Below, piece after piece: positions 1-10,396 of a stretch of 64,000 nucleotides of DNA. The notes beneath the pieces were generated by a model. It searched no databases. It worked only from the letters and a program-made list of their open reading frames with translations, and was not told the origin of the DNA. A program made the translations under genes and the position numbers. Numbering within the stretch: position 1 is the stretch's first letter; every line of letters starts with the position of its first letter. Origin of the DNA: Desulfobacterales bacterium (lineage in GTDB: Bacteria > Desulfobacterota > Desulfobacteria > Desulfobacterales > UBA5852); assembly GCA_963674755.2 (NCBI GenBank), contig CAXXVS010000003.1, positions 1,088,001 to 1,152,000 of the forward strand. The letters run 5' to 3'.

Positions 1-266
1 TCGAATATTTCGAAGGCCGGTACAATTTCGCCTGCTGAGTAGAGATCGATTTTCATCCTCCCACCGCTCATCTCCTCGACATCTTTGGCCCAAATTTCGG
101 CGTCCTTGTGGACCCACAATGCCTGCGGCCACGGTGTCTGGACCTTCCACACGATGGGATCTTCCTTCGTCGCGCTTGCGGCCATGGTGCCCGGTGCAGC
201 CACAAGAGCTGCGATGATAAACGCCGATAAAACAACCGCACTGATTCTAAAAGTTGTCCAACGCAT
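1..266 (-). CDS. TRAP transporter substrate-binding protein (DctP/TakP-like), N-terminal part, runs off the window edge
   Basis: Not in the ORF track. Manual translation from ATG 266 (GGAGGAAGG RBS upstream): signal peptide, then IVWKVQTPWP...VEEMSGGRMKIDLYSAGEIVPAFEIF, a typical TakP-type N-terminus. Confidence 0.85.
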   Translation of the reverse strand, partial: MRWTTFRISAVVLSAFIIAALVAAPGTMAASATKEDPIVWKVQTPWPQALWVHKDAEIWAKDVEEMSGGRMKIDLYSAGEIVPAFEIF

Positions 267-391
267 GTTACCTTCCTCCCTTTTGATGATGTTGCAACAG
301 TGTACTGGTCTTTACCGCTTCTCCCTAAGTAAATGTGTTTGTGATGAATAAGTCGTATATGGCGCCGTATGTCCGACCATTTGCGCCACTC

Positions 392-1855
392 TCAGTTGGT
401 ATCAGTGTCTTTATCGATGCCGCATAGCTTCATGGCGGCTCTCTTCTTCTCGGTCATGTTGGCCTTGCGGCCGATCATGATGCGCTGCGCTTGAGGAGAG
501 CCGGCCCCATGCATGGATTCGGTCAGGTAGCCCACCGCTGCCGTTCCCAAGGTCAGGTTCTCGATCAGGCGCAAAATACGCATGCGATCAGCGGTTGCGA
601 TGCCGGGCTGCGCTTTGAAGTACTTCTTCACCCACTTGCTGGTCGCACCGCCATCCAGATCCTTTTCGGACGGCAAGGTCACCATCAGTCCACCGGCAAT
701 ATCCTGTGCTAGCCGTGCAATTTCGTAAGGGAATCGGGTCACATTCTGCTTATGGATGTTGGCCAGCAAGGTGTTGACGGCATAGGTGCCGCTGAGTTTT
801 TTCTTCCCTTCAGTGGCGCAGGCCAGGCAGCCGCAATAGAGGGTCTCATTGAGATGGTTCATCTCGATGAGCTTGTCCCTGATGTGTGAGGCTTTGGCGA
901 CGCCGTTGTATTCGGCGGCGAGTTGGCTGGCGCCGATGAGCACGTCGCCCACCCCGACTTTGCAGGCATAGCTTTGACGATGATAGGCGGCAAACATCTC
1001 TACAAGGGATCCGGCGAATTCATATTCGCCGCACATAAACACCCGGTCCCATGGGACAAAAACGTCGTCAAAAACCACCAGCGCTTCATGCCCGCCAAAA
1101 AGCAGATTGCCCTGATCGATCGTGCCGCCTTCCAATTTTCGGGTATCGCAGGACTGGCGTCCCATGATGTAAAGGATGCCATCGGTGTCACTGGGCAGAC
1201 CAAAGGAAATCGCATAGTCGCTGTCCGCCTCTCCCAGGGCAATGGTCGGCATGACAATCACCTCATGGGAATTAACGGCACCGGTCTGATGGGCTTTCGC
1301 GCCGCGAACGACAATGCCATCATCCCGCTTTTCCACCACTCTCAGGAAGTGATCCGGATCCGGTTGTTGGTGGGGCGGCAAACTGCGATCCCCCTTGGGA
1401 TCGGTCATGGCACCGTCGCATACCAGGTCATTCTCTTGAACATAAACGAGATATTCCTTGAACCTTTGATTGTAAGGGGTGCCATATTTTTGGTCGATGT
1501 TATAGGTGATGATGGACAGGGCATTGAGAGCATCCATGCCGACACAACGCTGGAAACAACAGCCGGTTTTGCGTCCGAGAAGCCGTCCCATTTTGCTCTT
1601 TTTGACCAAGTCATCGGTGCTCTGGTGGATGTGGGTGAAGCGGTTGATGCGGTTCCCGGTAAGGTGGGATCGTGCTGTCATTAATTCTTCGTATTCAGGC
1701 CGGTGGGCTAGTTCATATGTCTTGGCAACGGCATTCATCGAGGGCCTGATAATTGGGTCATCCACAACATTTTCAACCCGTTTTCCAAACATGTATACTT
1801 CAAGATCAAGTTCTCTTAGGCTTTGTTCGTATTGTTCGGGTGTCATCATGGGCAT
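392..1855 (-). CDS. abfD: 4-hydroxybutyryl-CoA dehydratase/vinylacetyl-CoA isomerase (HpaB/AbfD fold)
   Basis: CFQRCVGMD and YHRQSYAC [4Fe-4S] ligand motifs, MTDPKGDRS, TESMHGAGSPQAQR. Confidence 0.85.
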   Translation of the reverse strand: MPMMTPEQYEQSLRELDLEVYMFGKRVENVVDDPIIRPSMNAVAKTYELAHRPEYEELMTARSHLTGNRINRFTHIHQSTDDLVKKSKMGRLLGRKTGCCFQRCVGMDALNALSIITYNIDQKYGTPYNQRFKEYLVYVQENDLVCDGAMTDPKGDRSLPPHQQPDPDHFLRVVEKRDDGIVVRGAKAHQTGAVNSHEVIVMPTIALGEADSDYAISFGLPSDTDGILYIMGRQSCDTRKLEGGTIDQGNLLFGGHEALVVFDDVFVPWDRVFMCGEYEFAGSLVEMFAAYHRQSYACKVGVGDVLIGASQLAAEYNGVAKASHIRDKLIEMNHLNETLYCGCLACATEGKKKLSGTYAVNTLLANIHKQNVTRFPYEIARLAQDIAGGLMVTLPSEKDLDGGATSKWVKKYFKAQPGIATADRMRILRLIENLTLGTAAVGYLTESMHGAGSPQAQRIMIGRKANMTEKKRAAMKLCGIDKDTDTN

Positions 1856-1899
1856 GTTATTTTTTTCCTTTTTACGTCGGCGTCCTTAAATTTTCCGTG

Positions 1900-4800
1900 T
1901 TATCGCACCTGTTGACAAAGACGGCGGTAGGTCTCTATCCGTTCCATTGAATCTCTTTTCGCCTTAGCGAATAATTTCTTTGCCATTTCAGGAGACTGCT
2001 GCATCAGGGAAGCATATCGAACCTCGCTCATGAGAAATTCCTCGAAATCCGCTTCTGGCGGTTTGGAATCAAGGATAAATGGATTAGCGCCATTTGTTCT
2101 GAGATCGGGATTATACCTGTAAAGAGACCAGTAACCCGCTTCAACCGCCCTTTTTGCCTGGTGTTGGGAATGTCCCATGCCCGATTTAATGCCATGGTTT
2201 ACGCAGGGCGCATAGCCGATGACCAGAGAGGGGCCATCATAGGCCTCTGCCTCCCGGATGGCTTTTAATGCCTGACTTTTATCGGCGCCTATGGCCACCT
2301 GGGCTACATACACATAGCCGTAACTGATCATCATCATGCCCAGGTCTTTTTTCTTGCTTCGTTTTCCAGATGATGCAAATTTTGCTATGGCTGCTGTGGG
2401 AGTTGCTTTGGACGACTGGCCGCCGGTATTGGAGTAGACTTCGGTGTCAAATACCATTACATTGATATTCTCACCGGAAGCCAAGACGTGATCAAGGCCG
2501 CCGAACCCAATGTCATAAGCCCATCCGTCTCCTCCAAAGACCCAATTTGAGTGCTTGACAAAAAGGTGGCTTTTTTGGACGATCCGGCCCAAACGGGAAT
2601 CATTTTCAAAGGGTTTTAATGCTGCGGCCAGTTTTGTGGCCCTGGCCCTCGATCCTTTGGTTTCATTCATCCCCTCAAGCCATTCCCTCATTGCCGTTTC
2701 AAGTTTTTTATCGACCCCTTCGTCCAATACCTTTTTGATGTCTGACGCCAAAGCCCGGCGAACGGTTTTGGCGCCCACATGCATTCCATATCCATATTCG
2801 GCGTTGTCTTCAAAAAGGGAGAATCCCCAGGCAGGACCGTGACCGCAACTGTTTTTGGTGTAGGGCACCGATGGTGCCGATCCACCCCAGACCGTTGCAC
2901 AGCCGGCAGAATTGGAAACCACCATCCGGTCTCCGAAAAGCTGGGTAATCAACTTCGCGTACGGGGTCTCGCCGCAACCGGCACAGGCTCCTGAAAATTC
3001 GATCAGCGGTTTGAGGAACTGGCTTCCTTTTACAGTGGAAATCTGTTTGTCGGTAAGTTCCGGTGGCTCAATGTCTTTGACATAGTCCCACAGCTCCACA
3101 TAGGTATCCCGTTTGTCTGCAAGGGGTTTCAACTCAATTGCCTTCTCTTTTGCGGGGCAGACATCTACGCAGTTTCCGCAACCCGTGCAGTCAAGAGCTG
3201 AAAATCCCATGAAATATTTACCTTCATAACTCTTGCCCAAGGCCTTGGGGGCTGTCATACTTGGAGGGGCCTTTTCAACCTGTTCATCAGAAAGCAGCAT
3301 GGGTCTGAGCACCCCATGGGGACAGACAAAGGCGCACTGGTTGCATTGTATACAGTTATCCGGACTCCAGTCGGCAACAAACAGAGAAATGGCTCTTTTC
3401 TCATATTTTGTCGTGCCGGTCGGATAGGTCCCGTCCTCATTTCCGTTAAAGACGCTAACCGGAAGGGTGTCTCCTCTCTGCTGGTTCATTGGACCCAGTA
3501 TTTTTTCGACAAATTCAGGGACATCTACTTCTTGGGTTTCATGGTCACCGACGGCATCCTTCCAGGACGTCGGGACATTAACCTTTAGCGATGCTTCCAT
3601 GCCCTGATCAATGGCCTGAAAGTTCATCTCCACGACACTTTTTCCCTTCCTGCCGTAATTTTTTTCAACCTCCTTTTTCAGATATTTTGCAGCATCGTCG
3701 GCGGGTATGACCCCGGTAAGTTTGAAAAACGCAGCCTGCATGACCATGTTGATCCTGTTGCCAAGTCCGATTTCCCTTGCAAGATCAACGGCGTTGATGG
3801 TGTAAAAATTCACATCCTTGGCAGCAATGGTCTGTTTCAAGCTAGCAGGCAACTCTTTTTCCAGGTCATTTTCCGACCAAATGCAATTCAAGAGAAAAGT
3901 TCCACCCGGCTTAATATCATCCAGAAGATTGTATTGATGAACATAGGCTTGGTTATGGCAAGCAATGAAATCCGCATTGGTAACCTGGTAGGAGGATCGA
4001 ATCTTGGTGTCGCCAAATCTCAGATGCGAGATAGTCACTCCGCCTGATTTTTTTGAATCATATGCAAAATAAGCCTGCACATATTTATCTGTATGGTCAC
4101 CGATGATTTTAACGGCCGACTTATTGGCTCCCACAGTGCCGTCGGACCCCAGTCCCCAGAATTTACAGGCGATGGTGTTCTTCGGAGTGGGGTTGAATGG
4201 CTCTTTAAAAGGCGGAAGAGACCTGAAAGTGACATCATCAACAATCCCGACGGTAAACTGATCCCGTGGGTTTTCAGAATCCATGTTTGCAAGAACTTCT
4301 TTAACGTTTAATGGTGAAAATTCCTTGGAGGCCAGTCCGTATATACCGCCAAGTATAAGGGGGGGATATTTCCTGCCGTAAAAGGCGTTTTTAACATCCA
4401 GGTAAAGGGGTTCGCCCGGGGCACCAGGCTCCTTTGTCCGGTCTAAAACAGATAGCCTTTTTACTGTTTTGGGAAGGGCGTCAATGAGGTGTTTGCTGGA
4501 AAATGGCCGATACAGGTGAACCTCCAAAATACCGTATTCGGATCCATCCTGGTTGAGGTATTCAATGGTTTCCCTGATCACATCACAGGCAGACCCCATT
4601 GCGATGATCACATTCTCAGCGGTTTCGGACCCATGATAATTAAAGAGCTTGTAATTTCTTCCGGTCAGCGCGCTCATCCTGTCCATGTGTTTTTGAAAAA
4701 TCTCGGGCAAGGGCTCGTAAAATTTATTGACGGCTTCCCGTGTCTGGAAGAAAATGTCCGGATTTTGGGTTGTCCCTCGGAGCACAGGGTTGTCTGGATT

Positions 4801-5427
4801 TAATGAGCGGGAACGAAACTGGGCGATGGCCTTCAGATCGACCATTTCTGAAAGTTTGTCATAGTCCAGTAGTTCTATTTTTTGCAGTTCATGGGAAGTT
4901 CTGAACCCGTCAAAAAAATGGAGAGTCGGTATCCTGGATTCAATGGAAACAAGGTGTGCTACTGCCCCTAAGTCCATACATTGCTGGACATTGCTGGATG
5001 CTAGAAGGGAAAAACCGGTCTGCCTGGCAGCCATAACGTCCTGATGGTCTCCGAAAATGCTCAGGGCGTTGGATGCCAGGGATCTAGCGCTTACATGAAA
5101 AACTCCAGGCAAGAGCTCTCCTGCGATCTTGTACATATTGGGAATCATGAGCAGCAGTCCCTGGGAAGCTGTGTATGTAGCGCTCAGGGCACCGCTCTGG
5201 AGGCAGCCATGGAGTGTCCCTGCGGCCCCTCCTTCGGATTGCATTTCCCTGAGTTCTACCTGCTGGTCAAAAATATTTTTAATGCCTGCAGCGGCCCATT
5301 CGTCTATCGACTCGGCCATAGGGGAAGATGGTGTAATCGGATAAATGATTGCGGTATCGATAAATGCATATGACGCGTATGCGGCAGCTGTGTTACCGTC
5401 CATTGTCTTTTTTCTGTAAGTTTTCAT
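1900..5427 (-). CDS. nifJ: Pyruvate:ferredoxin/flavodoxin oxidoreductase, single-chain type
   Basis: YPITPSS, MQSEGGAAG, two CxxCxxCxxxCP ferredoxin motifs, FSGACAGCGETPY, GGDGWAYDIG TPP motif; start trimmed to ATG 5427. Confidence 0.93.
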   Translation of the reverse strand: MKTYRKKTMDGNTAAAYASYAFIDTAIIYPITPSSPMAESIDEWAAAGIKNIFDQQVELREMQSEGGAAGTLHGCLQSGALSATYTASQGLLLMIPNMYKIAGELLPGVFHVSARSLASNALSIFGDHQDVMAARQTGFSLLASSNVQQCMDLGAVAHLVSIESRIPTLHFFDGFRTSHELQKIELLDYDKLSEMVDLKAIAQFRSRSLNPDNPVLRGTTQNPDIFFQTREAVNKFYEPLPEIFQKHMDRMSALTGRNYKLFNYHGSETAENVIIAMGSACDVIRETIEYLNQDGSEYGILEVHLYRPFSSKHLIDALPKTVKRLSVLDRTKEPGAPGEPLYLDVKNAFYGRKYPPLILGGIYGLASKEFSPLNVKEVLANMDSENPRDQFTVGIVDDVTFRSLPPFKEPFNPTPKNTIACKFWGLGSDGTVGANKSAVKIIGDHTDKYVQAYFAYDSKKSGGVTISHLRFGDTKIRSSYQVTNADFIACHNQAYVHQYNLLDDIKPGGTFLLNCIWSENDLEKELPASLKQTIAAKDVNFYTINAVDLAREIGLGNRINMVMQAAFFKLTGVIPADDAAKYLKKEVEKNYGRKGKSVVEMNFQAIDQGMEASLKVNVPTSWKDAVGDHETQEVDVPEFVEKILGPMNQQRGDTLPVSVFNGNEDGTYPTGTTKYEKRAISLFVADWSPDNCIQCNQCAFVCPHGVLRPMLLSDEQVEKAPPSMTAPKALGKSYEGKYFMGFSALDCTGCGNCVDVCPAKEKAIELKPLADKRDTYVELWDYVKDIEPPELTDKQISTVKGSQFLKPLIEFSGACAGCGETPYAKLITQLFGDRMVVSNSAGCATVWGGSAPSVPYTKNSCGHGPAWGFSLFEDNAEYGYGMHVGAKTVRRALASDIKKVLDEGVDKKLETAMREWLEGMNETKGSRARATKLAAALKPFENDSRLGRIVQKSHLFVKHSNWVFGGDGWAYDIGFGGLDHVLASGENINVMVFDTEVYSNTGGQSSKATPTAAIAKFASSGKRSKKKDLGMMMISYGYVYVAQVAIGADKSQALKAIREAEAYDGPSLVIGYAPCVNHGIKSGMGHSQHQAKRAVEAGYWSLYRYNPDLRTNGANPFILDSKPPEADFEEFLMSEVRYASLMQQSPEMAKKLFAKAKRDSMERIETYRRLCQQVR

Positions 5428-5520
5428 TAAAAAGTCCGTTTTACATATGTAGAATTGAATAGTGCGACATATAACCTTTAAGACCACGATCTAAATAAGC
5501 TGCGCGGTGTATACTCCGTG

Positions 5521-6327
5521 TTAACCTGCTTCCATTGAACGCGATATTTCTCTTGCTGTTTCTTTAACCATTTCAGAAAATAAAAGGCTTTTCTTTTTAT
5601 TAATTCTGTTTTTTGGGGTAGAAATACTTATCGAGGCAAGGCATTCATTATTGGAATTCACGATTGGTGCTGCGACACAGTAAACGCCGATTAAGGCCTC
5701 CTCATCATCGAACGCCGCACCATTTTTCCGCACTACTTCGACAGCCTTGATTAATTCCGCCATCGTGCCGATAGAATTCTCTGTCATTTTTTTCAGCCGA
5801 CTTTTTCCTCCATGAATCCTTCGTATATCCTCATTTGAAAGATACGAGAGAAATATTTTTCCCGTTGCAGAACAATGAACCGGGAACCTTGTACCTGCAG
5901 GAGTTGAAATCCTGAGCATCTCCTCGGACTCTAATCTGTATATATATCGTATCTGGTTGTATTCATTTACCGCAGCGTTGACCGTCTCTTTGCAATTCAG
6001 ATGCAGCTCACGCAAAAACGGAATCATAGACTTGCGTAGGAAACTTTCCTTTTTGTTGGGAGTTCCTATAGAGAGTGCGCGAAAGCCCAAGCCATACAAT
6101 TTTGTTGTTGGGTATTGCCTTACAAACTTTCTGTCGCGAAGAGTCCCAAGTATACGATGGACAGTCCCCTTGCCATATCCAAGCTTCTGGCAAATCTCCG
6201 TTATTGAAAGGTCTCGGCCCTCGTCGATCATCAACTCCAAAATGAGCAAAGCCTTTTCCAATGACTTTACCTGATAGGGATTGGCAGGTTTTTTTTTGTT
6301 AGCGGTATCTTTTTCTTTTGAAACCAT
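5521..6327 (-). CDS. IclR family transcriptional regulator
   Basis: VKSLEKAL N-terminal HTH, HCSATGK, DDEE...VYCVAAPI signature. Confidence 0.9.
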   Translation of the reverse strand: MVSKEKDTANKKKPANPYQVKSLEKALLILELMIDEGRDLSITEICQKLGYGKGTVHRILGTLRDRKFVRQYPTTKLYGLGFRALSIGTPNKKESFLRKSMIPFLRELHLNCKETVNAAVNEYNQIRYIYRLESEEMLRISTPAGTRFPVHCSATGKIFLSYLSNEDIRRIHGGKSRLKKMTENSIGTMAELIKAVEVVRKNGAAFDDEEALIGVYCVAAPIVNSNNECLASISISTPKNRINKKKSLLFSEMVKETAREISRSMEAG

Positions 6328-6346
6328 CGCTCCCTCCTGCTATAAA

Positions 6347-6449
6347 GTTCTGTAATTCAGAACTCTGTGTAGTAATATAGAACTATAAATACATTTTTTG
6401 ATCAAGAAAAATATTCTGTAATATAAAATTCAGTTCTGCTTTACAGAAC
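6347..6449. promoter_or_regulatory. Putative IclR operator array (GTTCTG-N5-CAGAAC)
   Basis: Palindromes GTTCTGTAATTCAGAAC (6347-6363) and GTTCTGCTTTACAGAAC (6433-6449), degenerate copies at 6367-6383 and 6413-6429, in an AT-rich spacer between two divergent iclR genes. Confidence 0.65.
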
Positions 6450-6711
6450 AAACAAAAGTCAAAAATTCATAATTACCAAATATAATTGATAATAAATGGT
6501 TTTTAAATTTAACTTAATATTGCCAATATCCCAATTCATGACAAAGATTTTAAGGAGAAATGGTTCAAAATTGATCTTGACAATAGCAATCAGCCATGTT
6601 CTTAATTCGTAAATACGTATATCGTCCGTATATGCGTACAAACAATTCTGCTCTTACAATTTGTTAAAATTGACCGATAGATGAACCTTTTTCACTCACC
6701 AGGGAATCGGA

Positions 6712-7503
6712 ATGGCTAAGATTATTCCATCAGTAAAGCGGGCATTAGATATATTGGGGCTGTTTCTAAATGGGGAGCAATCAATTTCAGTACCGCAGAT
6801 CACAACTCTGCTTCAAATACCTCGTACTACTGCGCACGATATTGTCAATACTTTGATAGAGTGTGGATATCTTGAAAAAGATATCAGTCACTCAAATCAT
6901 TTTAAGATAGGGCTTCGTGCCTTTGAATTAGGGAGCATTTACGCATCTCGCCTCAACCTATCTGAAGAGGGGCTGCAAGTTGCGCAGGGAATATCTCAGT
7001 CTTGCGATGAAACCGTCCAGGTTGCAATTCTCGATGGCACCGATGCCGTCTTTATCATTCGGGTGGATAGTTCTCGCACACTAAGATTGGTGTCTGAAGT
7101 TGGCACACGGTTATATGCCCATTGTACTGCTGTTGGTAAAATGATGTTGTCCGGCTTAACCGACGATGAATTACTCATGCTATACAAAGGAAAATCCCAA
7201 CTACCTGGAATGACCCAAAATAGCATTACAACAATTGATCGTTTGTTGAGAGAGTTATACAAAATCCGAAGACGTGGGTACGCTTATGATGACTGCGAGT
7301 CTAACAAAGATGCTAGGTGTGTTGCGGCACCGATATATGACAGCAACGACAGTATTTGTGCAGCAATCAGTATTACCGTGCCCATCACTCGAATGAACGA
7401 AAAGCGAAAGAAACTGCTTTTAAATATTTTGCAACGTGGTTCTCAAAGTTTATCTCGAAGAATGGGTGGTGGTCTTAAATTTAACAAAGATTACAATTAT
7501 TAA
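6712..7503 (+). CDS. IclR family transcriptional regulator
   Basis: IPSVKRAL HTH, HCTAVGK, ARCVAAPI. Confidence 0.9.
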   Translation: MAKIIPSVKRALDILGLFLNGEQSISVPQITTLLQIPRTTAHDIVNTLIECGYLEKDISHSNHFKIGLRAFELGSIYASRLNLSEEGLQVAQGISQSCDETVQVAILDGTDAVFIIRVDSSRTLRLVSEVGTRLYAHCTAVGKMMLSGLTDDELLMLYKGKSQLPGMTQNSITTIDRLLRELYKIRRRGYAYDDCESNKDARCVAAPIYDSNDSICAAISITVPITRMNEKRKKLLLNILQRGSQSLSRRMGGGLKFNKDYNY

Positions 7504-7533
7504 CGATAAAATTAATCCATATCGGAGGTAAGC

Positions 7534-8535
7534 ATGCTTATTGTTCAGCTACGCGATCAGGAAGGAATGCCAAAAGTCGGTGTCGTCTCGGGTGATGGCA
7601 AAAAACTCAAGATAGTTTACGACGCGAAGAGCCTGTACGCGTTGTCGATGGATGCCATTGCGAAGGGCGTTAAACTAACGGATTACATTTTGGAAACAGG
7701 CTTCGAGGCATCGGAGAACTATGACAATGTCGCCAACAGCGGCAGACTCCGGCTGCCGCTCAACCACCCTGACGAAGCGCATGCCATGATCTCGGGCACC
7801 GGCCTGACGCATACGGGCAGCGCGGCCGGTCGTGATACGATGCACAAAAAGAAGCTGTCCGATGCGGAAGCCGTGACGGATTCCATGCGGATATTTCGTT
7901 TGGGTCTGGAAGGGGGGAAACCTCAAGATGGTGATATCGGTTTTCAACCCGAATGGTTTTACAAGGGCACGACCAAAATGGCGGTTAGTTGCGGCCAACC
8001 GATACGGATGCCCGGGTTTGCACTGGATGGCGGAGAGGAGCCGGAGCTGGCGGGTCTCTATATCATTGGCCCTGACCGAAGACCCTGGCGGGTTGGCTTT
8101 TGTTTGAGCAACGAATTTTCGGACCATGTCATGGAAAAGCAAAACTACTTGAATCTGTCGCACTCCAAACTGCGTCCCTGTTCTTTTGGTCCGGAAGTTT
8201 ATGTCGGTGAAGCGCTGCCCAAAGATATTCGCGGATATGCCAAAATAGAAAGAGAAGGGCGGGAGGTTTGGAAGCGTGATTTTTTAACCGGCGAAGCCAA
8301 CATGTCACACCATATTGCCAATTTGGAGCACCACCATTTTAAGTACGAGGAATTCAGGTCCGAAGGTGATGTGCATATCCACTTTTTCGGCACTTCTACG
8401 CTGAGTTTCTCGGACGGATTCCAAACCCAAGACGGCGATATTTTTGAAATCTGGGCGCCGCCCTTTATCAGGCCGCTGCGCAATCCCCTGCATGTCGAAA
8501 AGCGCAACCCCCTCATTACGGTGGCACCGCTGTAA
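7534..8535 (+). CDS. AraD1/GguC family FAH-fold protein (putative 2-keto-3-deoxy-pentonate dehydratase)
   Basis: SGTGLTHxGSA, QPEWFYKG, DGGEEPE, NEFSDH, LSHSKLR, EHHHFKY family motifs. Confidence 0.82.
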   Translation: MLIVQLRDQEGMPKVGVVSGDGKKLKIVYDAKSLYALSMDAIAKGVKLTDYILETGFEASENYDNVANSGRLRLPLNHPDEAHAMISGTGLTHTGSAAGRDTMHKKKLSDAEAVTDSMRIFRLGLEGGKPQDGDIGFQPEWFYKGTTKMAVSCGQPIRMPGFALDGGEEPELAGLYIIGPDRRPWRVGFCLSNEFSDHVMEKQNYLNLSHSKLRPCSFGPEVYVGEALPKDIRGYAKIEREGREVWKRDFLTGEANMSHHIANLEHHHFKYEEFRSEGDVHIHFFGTSTLSFSDGFQTQDGDIFEIWAPPFIRPLRNPLHVEKRNPLITVAPL

Positions 8536-8649
8536 CAGCGAAAAATGGGGCGACTTTGGTCAAAAGTCTATCCTCTGCATGAAGGCGTAACTTTATTCTG
8601 TCAAGCGCTTGAAGCCGACAAGAGCGGTCGAGCGAATACCTAAAGGGAA

Positions 8650-10242
8650 ATGATGATGCCCATTACCGGAAATAATTTTATCGGATTCTCGAGATCGGCA
8701 ATCGAAAAGAACTATTTAAGGGCCGTTGATCCATTAACCGGCCAAAATCTTCCAGAAAAATTTGTGAGCGCGAGCTCCGAAGAAATCGAGCTGGGCATGC
8801 ATCTCGCGACAAAGGCCTCTATCACCTACCGCAAGATGGATGGTGCTGCCAAAGCGACCTTCCTGGATGCCATCGCTGATGAGATTCTCGCTCTGGGTGA
8901 TGAATTGGTTGACCGCGCGGTTCTCGAAACAGCGCTGCCACCTGCGCGGATCATGGGGGAACGCGGGCGTACGGTCGGCCAGCTAAGGCTATTTGCTAAT
9001 CTGATCAGGGAGGGCTCCTGGTGCGAACCGGTGATCGAATATGCCGACCCGGATCGGCAGCCGCTCCCCAAACCGGATATTCGACGCATGCTGATGGCCA
9101 TGGGGCCTGTTGTCGTATTCGCGGCATCCAACTTTCCCCTGGCGTTTTCGACAGCCGGCGGCGATACCGCATCCGCGCTGGCCGGCGGTAATCCCGTCAT
9201 TGTGAAAGCCCATAGCAGCCACATGGGCACGAGTGAGCTGGTCGCCTCCGCGATTATCGCGGCTGCTCGTAAGGCCGGTATGCCGGAAGGCGTTTTCTCG
9301 ATGGTTTTTGGAGACGGTCAAACCGTGGGGCAGCACTTGATCCAGCATCCATCCGTGAAAGCGGCCGCCTTTACCGGATCGCAATCCGCGGGCCGCCTCC
9401 TGTTCGACCTGGCAACCCGTCGTCCCAATCCCATTCCTTTCTTTGCCGAGATGGGCTCGCTTAATCCTGTTTTGCTTTGCTCGGATGCGCTGAGGAAAAG
9501 AGGTGTAGAGATTGCGCGCGATTTTGCCGCTTCGGTGACATTGGGATGCGGCCAGTTTTGCACCAAGCCAGGGTTGTTTTTTGCGCAAGATAGCCCAGAG
9601 TTGAATGCGTTTATCCGCGATTTCGCTGCATCCATGGAAAAGACGCGGCCTGTGACCATGCTGAATCCTAAAATTCATAGGCAGTTCACCGCTGGCCGAA
9701 ATCAGGCCTTGGAACAACCCGGCGTCCAAGCCCTGGCGTATTCGGAGGCCGCGGCGGATCTGACCGCGCACGAAGGCCAGCCGACGCTGTTCGTCATTTC
9801 GGCAGAGGATTTTATGGATAACCCGACGCTGCGCCATGAAATTTTCGGGCCCTATGCCCTGGTCGTCCGTTGCCCGAACAAGACTCAGATGGCGGCGGCT
9901 CTAGAAGCGCTGGAAGGTCAATTGACAGCCACCGTGATCGCCGAAAACGAGGAAATGGAAGATATGCAGATGATCATCGACCTGATGATCGAAAAAGCAG
10001 GCCGCGTGATCCATAACGGCGTTCCCACCGGGGTGGAGGTGTGTTCCGCCATGCAACATGGGGGACCGTATCCAGCGGCAACCGATGCGCGCTTTACTTC
10101 GGTAGGGTCCGCCGCCATCAAAAGGTTCGCGCGGCCTGTGAGCTTTCAGGACTGGCCCCAGGCCCTATTGCCGGACGAGCTCAAGAATGGGAACCCCTTA
10201 AAGGTTTGGCGCTTGGTCAATAACGAAATGACGAACGCCTAG
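8650..10242 (+). CDS. Aldehyde dehydrogenase (NADP+), alpha-ketoglutaric semialdehyde dehydrogenase type
   Basis: ASNFPLAFSTAGGDTASALA, AEMGSLNP, GQFCTKPG, HGGPYPA. Confidence 0.88.
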   Translation: MMMPITGNNFIGFSRSAIEKNYLRAVDPLTGQNLPEKFVSASSEEIELGMHLATKASITYRKMDGAAKATFLDAIADEILALGDELVDRAVLETALPPARIMGERGRTVGQLRLFANLIREGSWCEPVIEYADPDRQPLPKPDIRRMLMAMGPVVVFAASNFPLAFSTAGGDTASALAGGNPVIVKAHSSHMGTSELVASAIIAAARKAGMPEGVFSMVFGDGQTVGQHLIQHPSVKAAAFTGSQSAGRLLFDLATRRPNPIPFFAEMGSLNPVLLCSDALRKRGVEIARDFAASVTLGCGQFCTKPGLFFAQDSPELNAFIRDFAASMEKTRPVTMLNPKIHRQFTAGRNQALEQPGVQALAYSEAAADLTAHEGQPTLFVISAEDFMDNPTLRHEIFGPYALVVRCPNKTQMAAALEALEGQLTATVIAENEEMEDMQMIIDLMIEKAGRVIHNGVPTGVEVCSAMQHGGPYPAATDARFTSVGSAAIKRFARPVSFQDWPQALLPDELKNGNPLKVWRLVNNEMTNA

Positions 10243-10396
10243 TGCCGTGCTGCAAAATCCGCCGATGGCCGTCGCTTATGGCTACAATATCGGAGTAGCG
10301 GAAAGGGAGGGGTTTGGAACCGTCCCCTGCTGATCAAAGGGTTAATGCCGCACAAAAGGGACCGGTTGCCTCAGACGCGGCATGTGATTTACTCTC

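Noticed and set aside
85..351. Plus-strand 88-aa ORF
   Set aside because: Antisense to the DctP N-terminus
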